Origin: a virus
Taxonomy: Duplodnaviria; Caudoviricetes
Length of the DNA stretch: 48,371 nt
IMG/VR virus record: IMGVR_UViG_3300025451_000019
Coordinates: 1 to 48,371 of that record
Direction: 5' to 3' (one strand)
Part shown: piece by piece, positions 17,931-27,757 of the stretch
Numbering within the stretch: the first letter of the stretch is position 1
Layout of the letters: each line of letters opens with the position of its first letter
Translations under genes and position numbers: made by a program
The notes under the pieces: generated by a model
The model's input: only the letters and a program-made list of their open reading frames with translations
Database searches by the model: none
What the model was told of the DNA's origin: nothing

Positions 17931-20165
17931 ATGGCAAGCATAATCAGAATTAAAAGATCCACCGTTGCTGGTAACCCCAGTACTCTTGGGGTAGGTGAAC
18001 TTGCGTATTCAGCATTAGCAGACAATGGTTCTAATGGTGGAGATCGTTTATACATCGGCATGGGATCTCCTGAGACTGCGGGCAATGCGCAAAGTCACAT
18101 TGTTATCGGTGGTAAGTACTTCACCGATATGGTCACCAATGCTACGGACGCAAATACAGCATCTACGCTAGTTAGACGCGATGCATCTGGTAACTTTATT
18201 GCTGGAACTATTACAGCAGCACTTACTGGTAATGCAACTAGTGCTACTAAATGGGAAACCGGTAGAACACTTTCTTTAAGTGGCGATCTTACATATACAT
18301 CTCCTAGTTTTGATGGCACTGGTAACGTAACAGCTGCGGCAACTCTTGCAACTGTAAATTCTAACGTAGGTGTATTTGGTTCAGCAACAGCTATTCCAAT
18401 CGTAACTGTAAATGCTAAGGGTTTAGTTACTGCAGTAAGTACTACCAGTATTACAGTTGGAGATGCTGCACTAACACTAGCGATTGGCACTGCTGGCGCG
18501 ACTAATACTTCAGTAACTATTGGAACTGGAACTGGTTTCACTGCAAATGATTTAACTGCTGCAACCTATGATATTAAAGTAGGCCCAGCGTTAACTAATC
18601 TTGCAACGTTCATGACAACAGCAACTGCTGGTTTCATTAGACGTACTGCTCAAGATACCTATGCGATTGACACTGCAACGTATCTAACTTCAAGTACTGG
18701 CGTATCGTCATGGAGTGGCGGTACTACAGGTCTTCTACCAAGTACAGCAACAGTTGGCGCAGTTACAGTAACTGGAACTTTAGTCGTAGCGAATGGTGGT
18801 ACTGGAACAACCAATGGTTCTATCACTGGAACTGGCGCGCTAACATATACTGCTGGCGGTAGTAATACAAACGTCAACTTAGTTCCACAAGGAACTGGTA
18901 CAGTCGATGTTGCATCTAAGCGTATTACTAATGTTGCTACTCCTACCGGTGATACTGACGCTGCTAATAAAGGTTACGTAGACGCAGTTAAGACTGGTCT
19001 AAACGTCAAAGATGCTGCTCGTTTAGCAACCACTGCTGCAATAACAGTTACTTATGCTAATGGAACTTCTGGTGTTGGTGCTACATTAACTAACGCTGGC
19101 ACTCTAGCTGCACTGACGCTTGATAGCGTTCCTGCCGTTCTTGGTGATCGTGTTCTTATTAAAGATCAAGCCGCAGCATTACAGAACGGCATCTATACCG
19201 TTACGAATATCGGATCTGCTTCTGTAGCATGGGTACTTACTCGTGCAATAGACTTTGATAATAATCCAACCGGCGAAGTTACTGGTGGCGACTTTATATT
19301 CGTTCAAGAAGGCACTAGTCAACAAAATAATGGTTATGTAGTTACTACTAATGGTGCTATCACCGTTGGTACTACTGCAATTAGCTTTGTGCAATTCTCT
19401 GGCGCTGGTCAAATCACTGCAGGTGCGGGTTTAACAAAAGCTGGTAACACCATTGATGCAGTAGGTACTGCGAATAGAATTACTGTTGCTGCAGACTCTA
19501 TTGATATTTCTACTGCATATGTTGGTCAGGCAACAATCACAACTCTTGGTACTGTTGCAACTGGTACTTGGAATGCTACTGTAGTAGCTGGTCAATACGG
19601 TGGAACTGGTGTTGCTAATACTGGTAAGACTATCACGCTTGGTGGTAACCTTATTACAGCAGGTGCTTTTGCTACTACGTTGACGATGACTGCTGCTACA
19701 ACAGTGACTCTTCCAACTACTGGTACTCTAGCAACATTAGCTGGAACTGAGACGTTTACCAATAAGACTCTAACTGCTCCAGTTATTGCGACAATTGTCA
19801 ACACTGGCACGTTAACTCTTCCAACTTCTACTGATACACTAGTTGGTCGTGCAACAACCGATACTCTTACAAATAAGACTATCACCGGTGCAATTATCAC
19901 GACTGGTAGTATTGATAATACACCAATTGGTGGAACAACTAGAGCAGCTGGCGCATTCACTACATTAGCATCTAATGCTGTTACAACGTTCACACTAGTA
20001 ACTGACGCAACAGTGTTAGGAACTGCCGCGGTTGTTCTTAGTGGTGGTATCTCAGTAGCTAAGACTATGTTCATCGGTGCTAACATCACAGGTGCAGGAC
20101 CTGGAACACTAGCTTCTCCAATATCTGTAATCGATGGATTCCAGATGGATGGTGGTACATACTAA
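17931..20165 (+). CDS. Tail fibre protein (N-terminal 'IRIKRS...GELAYS' domain, C-terminal DGGTY)
   Basis: SD GGAG. Has a YadA-like stalk 'RITNVATPTGDTDAANKGYVD', a 'GDRVLIKDQ...NGIY' module and TLTNKT repeats. Confidence 0.8.
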   Translation: MASIIRIKRSTVAGNPSTLGVGELAYSALADNGSNGGDRLYIGMGSPETAGNAQSHIVIGGKYFTDMVTNATDANTASTLVRRDASGNFIAGTITAALTGNATSATKWETGRTLSLSGDLTYTSPSFDGTGNVTAAATLATVNSNVGVFGSATAIPIVTVNAKGLVTAVSTTSITVGDAALTLAIGTAGATNTSVTIGTGTGFTANDLTAATYDIKVGPALTNLATFMTTATAGFIRRTAQDTYAIDTATYLTSSTGVSSWSGGTTGLLPSTATVGAVTVTGTLVVANGGTGTTNGSITGTGALTYTAGGSNTNVNLVPQGTGTVDVASKRITNVATPTGDTDAANKGYVDAVKTGLNVKDAARLATTAAITVTYANGTSGVGATLTNAGTLAALTLDSVPAVLGDRVLIKDQAAALQNGIYTVTNIGSASVAWVLTRAIDFDNNPTGEVTGGDFIFVQEGTSQQNNGYVVTTNGAITVGTTAISFVQFSGAGQITAGAGLTKAGNTIDAVGTANRITVAADSIDISTAYVGQATITTLGTVATGTWNATVVAGQYGGTGVANTGKTITLGGNLITAGAFATTLTMTAATTVTLPTTGTLATLAGTETFTNKTLTAPVIATIVNTGTLTLPTSTDTLVGRATTDTLTNKTITGAIITTGSIDNTPIGGTTRAAGAFTTLASNAVTTFTLVTDATVLGTAAVVLSGGISVAKTMFIGANITGAGPGTLASPISVIDGFQMDGGTY

Positions 20166-20168
20166 TTG

Positions 20169-20176
20169 TATAAATA
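20169..20176 (+). promoter_or_regulatory. T4-type late promoter TATAAATA
   Basis: Perfect consensus immediately after the stop at 20165. Confidence 0.7.
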
Positions 20177-20190
20177 AAATAAACACCAAC

Positions 20191-20220
20191 AAGGGGAGTT
20201 TTTACTCCCCTTTTTCTTTT
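20191..20220 (+). terminator. Rho-independent terminator-like hairpin
   Basis: AAGGGGAGT-TTTT-ACTCCCCTT (9-bp stem) followed by a T-rich tract. Confidence 0.75.
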
Positions 20221-20239
20221 CCTTTTTTAAGGCCGCGAT

Positions 20240-23200
20240 ATGTCAAATAGACTTCTTATAAAGAAATCATCTGTAGCTACTAAAGTTCCAGTTCCTGGAG
20301 ATTTAGAGTATGGTGAATTAGCCATAAACTATACAGATGAAAAAATCTATTTTAAGAATGCATCTAATGTAATCAAATCCTTTAATGCGCTTTCTGGTTC
20401 AGGTACAGTAACCTCAGTTGGTGGTGCTGGTACTGTTTCTGGTTTAACTCTTACTGGCACCGTAACAAGTTCTGGCAGTTTAACACTTGGCGGAACGCTC
20501 GCAGTACTACCATCTAACTTTGCATCACAGTCTGCTACTACAGTTCTCGCATCACCAACGTTAGCGGCCGGAGTACCAACATTTAGAACGTTGACGCTAG
20601 AAGATATTCCAGATTCATGGGTTAAGAAATCAGTAGTAGTAGCAACAACTGCTAATATTACGCTTTCGGCGCCACAGACTGTTGACGGCATAGTTCTAGT
20701 GGCTGGTGATCGTGTTCTTGTAAAAAATCAGACTCTCCCACAGGAAAATGGTATCTATGTAGTAGCGGCAGCGGCTTGGACTAGATCATTAGACGCAGAC
20801 ATCTCAAGTGAAATTGCTGGTGGGCACGTTAACATTGACAAAGGTACTGCTAATGGTGGGCTATCATTCGATAACGATTTTAAAACCACTGATGTACTTG
20901 GCACTACAGCAATGCTATGGTATAGAAATATTGATGCTGGTTATACGATACCAATTACACAAGGTGGTACCGGAGCGATAACCGCAGCGGCGGCGAGAAC
21001 AGCACTTGGCGCAGGTACAGTTACATCAGTCGCAGCACTGACACTTGGTACTACTGGCACAGACATAACATCTACAGTAGCGACTGGTACTGCAGCGGCC
21101 GTTATTACACTTAACGTTCCAACAGCATCTGCCACTAATAGAGGTGCACTAAGCGCTGCTGATTGGACTACGTTTAATAACAAAGTAGGATCGTTAACTG
21201 ATACATTGGCAACGGTTACTGGTCGTGGTGCAACTACAGCTACAGCAGTAACTCTAAACGGTGGCATTTCTTCTTACATGGGTGATGCTGGAGTATTATT
21301 CCAATCATATAATGCTTCTGCTGCTAATGCTGCACAGTTATCTATAAAGCATAATCTTGGTGATGTAACTTTAACTAATGCTAGAGGCGCTTTAAACATC
21401 GGTATCGGTGATGTAACCACAGCCACAATTGCGCTACAATCTGATTATAGCAATCCTGTAATTCTACAGCGTTCTGGTAATGCTGGTAAAGGCGCTCTTA
21501 TCTTACGCGGTGGTGATACGATTGGAACTGCAATTGAGTTTGGTAGATCACAAGCTGCAACAGACTGGGGAACATACTTAGCATTCTCAGTTCATGACAA
21601 TAATACTAGTGATGTGGTATTATCGCTGAAAGAAAAAGTTAGAATCAACGCGATTGGAATGGCAGTTACGGGTACTATTACCAGTACTAATAGCATATAC
21701 ACTACTACCGATAATCTTGGTTTCATGTATAAGAATGCGGCAGGAACTCAAGTAGCATGGCTGTCAACTCCATTTGGTGATACTGGTTCTGGTAATAAAA
21801 CAGATTCGAAGATAATCGCTGGTGGCGCTATTTTTGGAGTCAAAGTAGGTGGCGGAGATGTCGCTTCATTTACTTCTGGAGCTCTCACAATTGGTGGAGC
21901 GACTTCAGGTGTTACGCGAGCTGTAGTTGATATAGACGGTAACTTTCTCTCGTACTATGGCGCTGAAGCTACTGCACGGATTCGATTAGGACGTGATGTT
22001 GGTATTAGTGGAGGTGCAGGTCTTGCACTTGGTGGAAATACATATGCGTTAATTGCGGCATCTGACACCAATGGATCAGCACTATATTTTAAATTAAATG
22101 CAGCAGCAGCGACTGCATCAACGTCTCCAAATATGACGTTGACTGCTACTGGTCTGGGTATCGGTACCACATCACCTAATACAAAATTAGATGTTGTTGG
22201 TGTAAAAAATACTGCAGCTATTAATATAACACAAAGTGCACCCACTGTAGCGAACGCCTTTGACGATTATGTTGGTATCGATTTTAGGATGTACAATGAA
22301 GTATATCCTACAACTCAATTTACGGGCAACCCATCTGCAAGAATTTCTTCTTATCTACAGTCCGGCAGTAATATATTTGGTTTAGACTTTTGGACAAGAA
22401 GTGGAGCTGCAGCATTTAGTAAAGTTATGCGTCTCACCGGCGCTGGCGGTTTAAGCTTTGGCTCAAGTGGAACTGCGTACGGTTCGAGTGGTCAAGTACT
22501 ACAGAGCAATGGTGACGCTTCTCCTACATGGGTTAATCATGTAACTTCGATCGCCGCTACAACTCCTATTGTTGCTAGTGCTTCGACTGGTGCAGTTACA
22601 CTTACTCATGCTACTTCAGGGGCAACTGCAGGTACTTATAACAACGTTACGGTTAATACATTTGGCCACGTTACTAGTGGATCCAACGTAGCGTATCTAA
22701 CTTCATATACTGAAACTGATACATTAGCAACTGTTACAGGGCGCGGTGCTACTACTGGAACTGCATCTAGTTTTACAGGTGGATTAAGCGCCACTGGTAT
22801 AACATTAAATGGCACGCTTAGCATTGCTAATGCTACGTCGCCGAATACTAATACTATACAATTTGGTGATAACACTGGTTGGAATTTTAGATTCATGACA
22901 AACTTGTCAGGAACGCCAACAACAAGATTTACATTTAATGATGGTGGCAATTTCACCGCAGTTGGTACAATTGCGGCGTCTAACTTCTCGGGTACTCATA
23001 GTGGAACTTCATCTGGTACGAACACTGGCGATAACGCCGGCGTCACCGCAGTCACTGGTGTTACACCAATTATAAGTTCAGGTGGTACCACTCCATCAAT
23101 ATCGCATGCTACATCAGGCGTAAGTGCTGGAACATACAACAACGTAACTGTTAATGCAACCGGTCACGTTACTGCAGGATCTAATGTGGCGTACAGTACT

Positions 23201-24433
23201 ACCACTGGCACAGTTACTTCAGTAGCAACAAGTGGTGGTTACGGAGGATTGACTTTAACTGGTGGTACAATTACTACTACGGGCACCATCACAATGGGTG
23301 GGACGCCTACTGGTACCTGGCCTATTAGTGTTAGCGGAAGTTCGACATCAACTCCTCTAATGAGTATTGATAATAGTATTGCATACGGTAGAAGTGGACT
23401 ACAATTTATTCAAATTAGTGCAGCCGCAGGGGACGTAGCAACTACGACGAATGCGCCAACTGCAGATTGGTGGCATATTATTAGAGGTAATCACGCAAAC
23501 GCAACGGGGTATTACACCGATTTAGCTTTGCCTATGACTGCAGCGACTAATATTAGGTATCGTCGAATAGCTGCGGGAGCGAGTTCCGGATGGATTACAG
23601 TATTAGATACTACTAACATATCTAGTTATGCTGTTACAGCAGTAACAGCTACAACACCTATTATAAGTTCAGGCGGTACTACTCCTAATATTACCCATGC
23701 GACATCTGGCGCAACTGCTGGTACATATAACAACGTTACTGTCAATACATTTGGTCACGTTACGGCAGGATCTAATACAGCATACTTAACAGCATTGTCT
23801 GATACACTAGCGACGGTTACTGGTCGCGGTGCTACCACTTCTACGGCGTCTACTTTCTCAGGCGGTTTAACTGCCAGTGACTTATCTATTGTTGGCGCAG
23901 CAAATAAGTATCTTTATATTAATCCAGGTAACGGTTATGAAGCGATGGTTAGGTATAACGGCGGAAGTGGAAGTGGTTGGTATGTTGGAAAACGCGTAAC
24001 AGCACAAACTGTTGGAACTGAGTCTTTTCACTTTTATTCTGAAGCTGTTGCTAAGACTGTAGCTGGTATCGATACTAGTGGTAATATGGTTCTTACTGGT
24101 TCACTATCGGCAATTACTAAGTCATTCTTGATTGATCATCCAACTAAACCTGGAATGCAACTTCGTTATGGTTCTCTTGAAGGACCTGAGAATGGTGTAT
24201 ATATTCGTGGTAGACTAAAAGGTAATAAGATTGAACTTCCAGAATACTGGACTAAACTTGTAGATCCTGACTCTATCACAGTAAACCTAACTGCTATTGG
24301 CAAATCACAGGATATATATGTAGAGGACATCATCGATAACGTAGTCTACGTTGGTGGAGAGAATGTTAATTGTTTCTATACCGTGTTCGCAGAACGTGTA
24401 GACATTGCGAAACTTGAAGTGGAGATTGAATAA
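20240..24433 (+). CDS. Long modular tail fibre/adhesin
   Basis: N-terminal 'LLIKKSS...LEYGELAINYTDEKIYFK', a 'GDRVLVKNQ...NGIY' module and repeated HATSG/DTLATVT modules. The C-terminus has a 'KSFLIDHPTKP...LRYGSLEGPENGVYIRG' domain. Confidence 0.82.
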   Translation: MSNRLLIKKSSVATKVPVPGDLEYGELAINYTDEKIYFKNASNVIKSFNALSGSGTVTSVGGAGTVSGLTLTGTVTSSGSLTLGGTLAVLPSNFASQSATTVLASPTLAAGVPTFRTLTLEDIPDSWVKKSVVVATTANITLSAPQTVDGIVLVAGDRVLVKNQTLPQENGIYVVAAAAWTRSLDADISSEIAGGHVNIDKGTANGGLSFDNDFKTTDVLGTTAMLWYRNIDAGYTIPITQGGTGAITAAAARTALGAGTVTSVAALTLGTTGTDITSTVATGTAAAVITLNVPTASATNRGALSAADWTTFNNKVGSLTDTLATVTGRGATTATAVTLNGGISSYMGDAGVLFQSYNASAANAAQLSIKHNLGDVTLTNARGALNIGIGDVTTATIALQSDYSNPVILQRSGNAGKGALILRGGDTIGTAIEFGRSQAATDWGTYLAFSVHDNNTSDVVLSLKEKVRINAIGMAVTGTITSTNSIYTTTDNLGFMYKNAAGTQVAWLSTPFGDTGSGNKTDSKIIAGGAIFGVKVGGGDVASFTSGALTIGGATSGVTRAVVDIDGNFLSYYGAEATARIRLGRDVGISGGAGLALGGNTYALIAASDTNGSALYFKLNAAAATASTSPNMTLTATGLGIGTTSPNTKLDVVGVKNTAAINITQSAPTVANAFDDYVGIDFRMYNEVYPTTQFTGNPSARISSYLQSGSNIFGLDFWTRSGAAAFSKVMRLTGAGGLSFGSSGTAYGSSGQVLQSNGDASPTWVNHVTSIAATTPIVASASTGAVTLTHATSGATAGTYNNVTVNTFGHVTSGSNVAYLTSYTETDTLATVTGRGATTGTASSFTGGLSATGITLNGTLSIANATSPNTNTIQFGDNTGWNFRFMTNLSGTPTTRFTFNDGGNFTAVGTIAASNFSGTHSGTSSGTNTGDNAGVTAVTGVTPIISSGGTTPSISHATSGVSAGTYNNVTVNATGHVTAGSNVAYSTTTGTVTSVATSGGYGGLTLTGGTITTTGTITMGGTPTGTWPISVSGSSTSTPLMSIDNSIAYGRSGLQFIQISAAAGDVATTTNAPTADWWHIIRGNHANATGYYTDLALPMTAATNIRYRRIAAGASSGWITVLDTTNISSYAVTAVTATTPIISSGGTTPNITHATSGATAGTYNNVTVNTFGHVTAGSNTAYLTALSDTLATVTGRGATTSTASTFSGGLTASDLSIVGAANKYLYINPGNGYEAMVRYNGGSGSGWYVGKRVTAQTVGTESFHFYSEAVAKTVAGIDTSGNMVLTGSLSAITKSFLIDHPTKPGMQLRYGSLEGPENGVYIRGRLKGNKIELPEYWTKLVDPDSITVNLTAIGKSQDIYVEDIIDNVVYVGGENVNCFYTVFAERVDIAKLEVEIE

Positions 24434-25023
24434 TGGCGACAGTATACAATGCTTCTATTGTTAGAGATGGATTAGTACTACATCTTGATGCCGCAAACAT
24501 AAAATCATACCCTGGAACTGGAACAGTATGGAAAGATTTAAGTGGTTATGGTAATGACCATACGCTTATAGGAAGTCCTACTTATACTGCGGGAAAATTT
24601 ATTCTCACAGATGGCATGGGCTTTAGTCGAGCATCTGCTATCACTGGAGTATCTTCTAGGTGTACAGTAGTAATCACATATTCTACTAGCACATCAGAAT
24701 TGTGGGTAAGAGGTCAACAGAATAATTCATGGTATCTAAGTGCAGCTGGAACGGGTGGTACATACTATCATTCAAATTGTGGCACTGTAACAAATTATGT
24801 TGATAACGTAATTTCTACTTCCCCAAATAGAAATGGGGCGTATCATATATCTGAAGCAAAAAATGTTGATTTTTCAGCATGGACATACTATGAATGGTTC
24901 TTATATCCCGGTGAATGGCTACTAACTGGATCCGTTCAGAGTATAATGGTATACAATCGCACACTATCTAGTGCAGAATCAACACAAAATTTCAGTGCGC
25001 TACGTGGGAGATATAGTCTATGA
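24433..25023 (+). CDS. LamG/concanavalin-A-like lectin domain protein 1
   Basis: 'IVRDGLVLHLDAANIKSYPGTGTVWKDLSG' and 'MVYNRTLSSAE..QNFSALRGRY'. Coupled to the upstream gene via TAATG. Confidence 0.8.
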   Translation: MATVYNASIVRDGLVLHLDAANIKSYPGTGTVWKDLSGYGNDHTLIGSPTYTAGKFILTDGMGFSRASAITGVSSRCTVVITYSTSTSELWVRGQQNNSWYLSAAGTGGTYYHSNCGTVTNYVDNVISTSPNRNGAYHISEAKNVDFSAWTYYEWFLYPGEWLLTGSVQSIMVYNRTLSSAESTQNFSALRGRYSL

Positions 25024-26162
25024 GTCTTAATCATTCTCCCTCAGTAGTCACTAATGGTCTAGTGTTATACACAGACATGTCCAATACACAGAAGTCTTGG
25101 AAAGGTAAACCTACTACTAACATAACGCCAGATTTAGGTATAGTTCAAGTGCAATCCGTATCTTGTACTTATATTGGTGTTGAAGATGGTTGGAAAAAAT
25201 ATGCGCTAAATGGCACATGGACAGCTGGAACTTATCCATATGCTTTTGCTGTTGATGCATTTACATGTACCGGTGGTGTAATGTATTCGACCGGTATATA
25301 TGTAAAGACAAATGTAGCACCTAAATTTGCAGCACTATTTACTGGAATGAACTATGTGAATGCCGCAATGGACAATGCTGGAACAAGTTTTAGTATAACA
25401 CAATCAGACGGTAGTATTTTTGTTGGTAGATATGGGTTCCAGTATACGGGCACATCTGGTCAAAATGGGTACCTAGTTTCACAACCTGTAATTAACCAAG
25501 TGTTTAATTCAGCAACAGATTTTCTTTACATTAAAAGCGGGCAGATTGAACAAAATAGTTTCTGTTCACCTTTTGTTGCAGGTACTAGATCAAATACCCA
25601 AGCAATCGTAGACCTCACTGGAAATAATACTCTCACTGCTAACAGTTTGACTTATGCTAGTGATGGTACGTTTAGTTTTAATGGAAGTAATGACAAAATA
25701 ACACTTAATACAAACACTCTTATAAGTGGAGCTTCAAATTATACAATTGATGTAGCATTTAAAACAAGTGCTAATAGTACTGACTATATATTTGGCAACT
25801 ATGGTACTACAGCTGGCGCTACCGGCGGATTAGAGTATTATGTATGGCAAAGTAAATTGAATAATTACATTGCTGGAAACACTCAATCTGCAACGACTCT
25901 AAATGTAGGGCAGTGGTATATTGCTAGCGTAACTAGATTGGGGTCTACGATAACTCATTATTTAAACGGTGTTGCTGATGGGTCTAGTACTAATGGTGCA
26001 AGTATTTCGGCAACTAATCCATTTACTATAGGCAACGCACATGATTATACAAGTGAAGCATTTGGAGGCACAATTGGTGCTATAAAAGTCTACAATCGTG
26101 CTCTGTCAGCAGCAGAAGTATCACAGAATTTTCAAGCACTACGCGGAAGGTACGGAATATGA
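25020..26162 (+). CDS. LamG/concanavalin-A-like lectin domain protein 2
   Basis: 'VVTNGLVLY', 'FSFNGSNDKI', 'WYIASVT...YLNGV' and 'IKVYNRALSAAEVSQNFQALRGRYGI'. ATGA overlap with the upstream gene. Confidence 0.82.
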   Translation: MSLNHSPSVVTNGLVLYTDMSNTQKSWKGKPTTNITPDLGIVQVQSVSCTYIGVEDGWKKYALNGTWTAGTYPYAFAVDAFTCTGGVMYSTGIYVKTNVAPKFAALFTGMNYVNAAMDNAGTSFSITQSDGSIFVGRYGFQYTGTSGQNGYLVSQPVINQVFNSATDFLYIKSGQIEQNSFCSPFVAGTRSNTQAIVDLTGNNTLTANSLTYASDGTFSFNGSNDKITLNTNTLISGASNYTIDVAFKTSANSTDYIFGNYGTTAGATGGLEYYVWQSKLNNYIAGNTQSATTLNVGQWYIASVTRLGSTITHYLNGVADGSSTNGASISATNPFTIGNAHDYTSEAFGGTIGAIKVYNRALSAAEVSQNFQALRGRYGI

Positions 26163-27748
26163 GTTCAGCAGCAGGTTCAGGCGCAGTAACGAGTGGATTA
26201 GTTCTAGATCTTGACGCATCTTACATTGGACTAACAGCTACAGTCGATGTACTTCTTGTCGCAGGTGGTGGCGGTGGTGGCATGGATATGGGAGGCGGCG
26301 GAGGCGCAGGCGGCGTTCTATTCACTACATCTAGCATTGCGCATGGAAATACCTATGCAGTAGTAGTAGGCGGCGGAGGTGCTGGAGCGCGCGCTAGAGA
26401 CGTGGCATCTGAGCGTGGTGCTAATGGTGCTAATACGGCCTTCAATGGATTGACTGCTATTGGTGGGGGTGGTGGAGCCTCATTCCATGATAACTCAAGT
26501 TATCCAGCAGGTTCCGGTGGATCTGGAGGCGGTGCTTCAGGAGGTGCTCAAGCTCCAAGTGGAGGTTCAGGTGGTGCTGGTGGATACGGTGGAGGAGCTG
26601 CTGGAACAGGAACTGCTGGTCAAGGATACGCCGGTTCATTTGGTATCTGGGCTTGGTATCCAGGTGGAGGCGGCGGAGCTGGTGGCGCCGGTTCTACTAA
26701 TCCTGCAAATGGTGGACCCGGCGTATGCTATCCAACAATGAGTCCATATTACTTCGGCGGAGGTGGTGGCGGGTCAGGATATGCAGTTGGTCAGGGTGGC
26801 ACTGGTGGAATTGGCGGAGGCGGGGGTGGTGCCCTTGGCGATACTAGCGTGGGCGGTAAAGGTGGACAAGGCGGTGGTAGTGCATTAAATGCTGGTGTAA
26901 ATGGATCACGAGGGCTCGGCGGTAGTTGGGCAAACGTACCGGGTGGACACGCTGGAGCAAACACTGGCGGTGGCGGCGGCGGAGGGTCGCACTACAATTC
27001 CAATAATTGGGGTGGCAATGGCGGTTCTGGAATTGTCATCATACGGTATCTAGGTAGACAGCGAGCAATGGGTGGAGTGGTATCATCACTGGACGGATAT
27101 ACAATTCACACATTTCTAGCAAACGGAACGTTTGATACTACAGCATGGCTTGATAGAAGTGGCAATGCAAACACCGGTACTCTCGTAAATGGACCAACGT
27201 ATAGTTCTGCGAATGGTGGAGTAGTCGTATTCGATGGAACTAACGATTATATCAATATTGGCGTAAGCTATTCAAGCACAAACGCTATCAGCAGAACTTG
27301 GGAAGCATTCGTTAAACCCAATGCTACTATGTCATATGCTGGAATCATAGGCACAGCGCTTAGCGGCGGTTGCACGTATTATTGCAATGGCGGCATCTGT
27401 ATCGCATCAGGTAATTACCAATTCAATTGGTATGATAATGCAAACTATCTATTCTTAGACAGTGGTGTTGCAGCTACTTCTGGAGTGTATGCGCACGTCG
27501 TTGGTACATGGGATGGCACTGACAGTAAAGCAAGAATTTATATTAATGGCGTACTAAAAGCTACTAGTGCTGCTTCAAATTTAAACTACGGTGGAGCTGT
27601 AGGTGCTATTCAGATAGCATTTTTATCAGCAAGTGGTAACTACTTAAATGGCAGCATTGGCAATGTGAAGCACTATTACAATGAAGCGATGTCTGTTGCT
27701 GAAGTGCAACAAAGTTTCAATGCATCCCGAGCACGATTTGGAATCTAA
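26159..27748 (+). CDS. LamG-like lectin protein 3 with inserted glycine-rich domain
   Basis: The LamG start 'GLVLDLDAS' is interrupted by 'VDVLLVAGGGGGG...GGNGGSGIVIIRY...YTIHTF'. It then resumes with 'WLDRSGNANTGTLVNGPTY...FDGTNDY...FNASRARFGI'. Confidence 0.82.
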   Translation: MSSAAGSGAVTSGLVLDLDASYIGLTATVDVLLVAGGGGGGMDMGGGGGAGGVLFTTSSIAHGNTYAVVVGGGGAGARARDVASERGANGANTAFNGLTAIGGGGGASFHDNSSYPAGSGGSGGGASGGAQAPSGGSGGAGGYGGGAAGTGTAGQGYAGSFGIWAWYPGGGGGAGGAGSTNPANGGPGVCYPTMSPYYFGGGGGGSGYAVGQGGTGGIGGGGGGALGDTSVGGKGGQGGGSALNAGVNGSRGLGGSWANVPGGHAGANTGGGGGGGSHYNSNNWGGNGGSGIVIIRYLGRQRAMGGVVSSLDGYTIHTFLANGTFDTTAWLDRSGNANTGTLVNGPTYSSANGGVVVFDGTNDYINIGVSYSSTNAISRTWEAFVKPNATMSYAGIIGTALSGGCTYYCNGGICIASGNYQFNWYDNANYLFLDSGVAATSGVYAHVVGTWDGTDSKARIYINGVLKATSAASNLNYGGAVGAIQIAFLSASGNYLNGSIGNVKHYYNEAMSVAEVQQSFNASRARFGI

Positions 27749-27757
27749 GGAATTAAA

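Noticed and set aside
26260-27030. GC-rich segment as foreign DNA
   Set aside because: The composition is explained by poly-glycine codons within the LamG protein.
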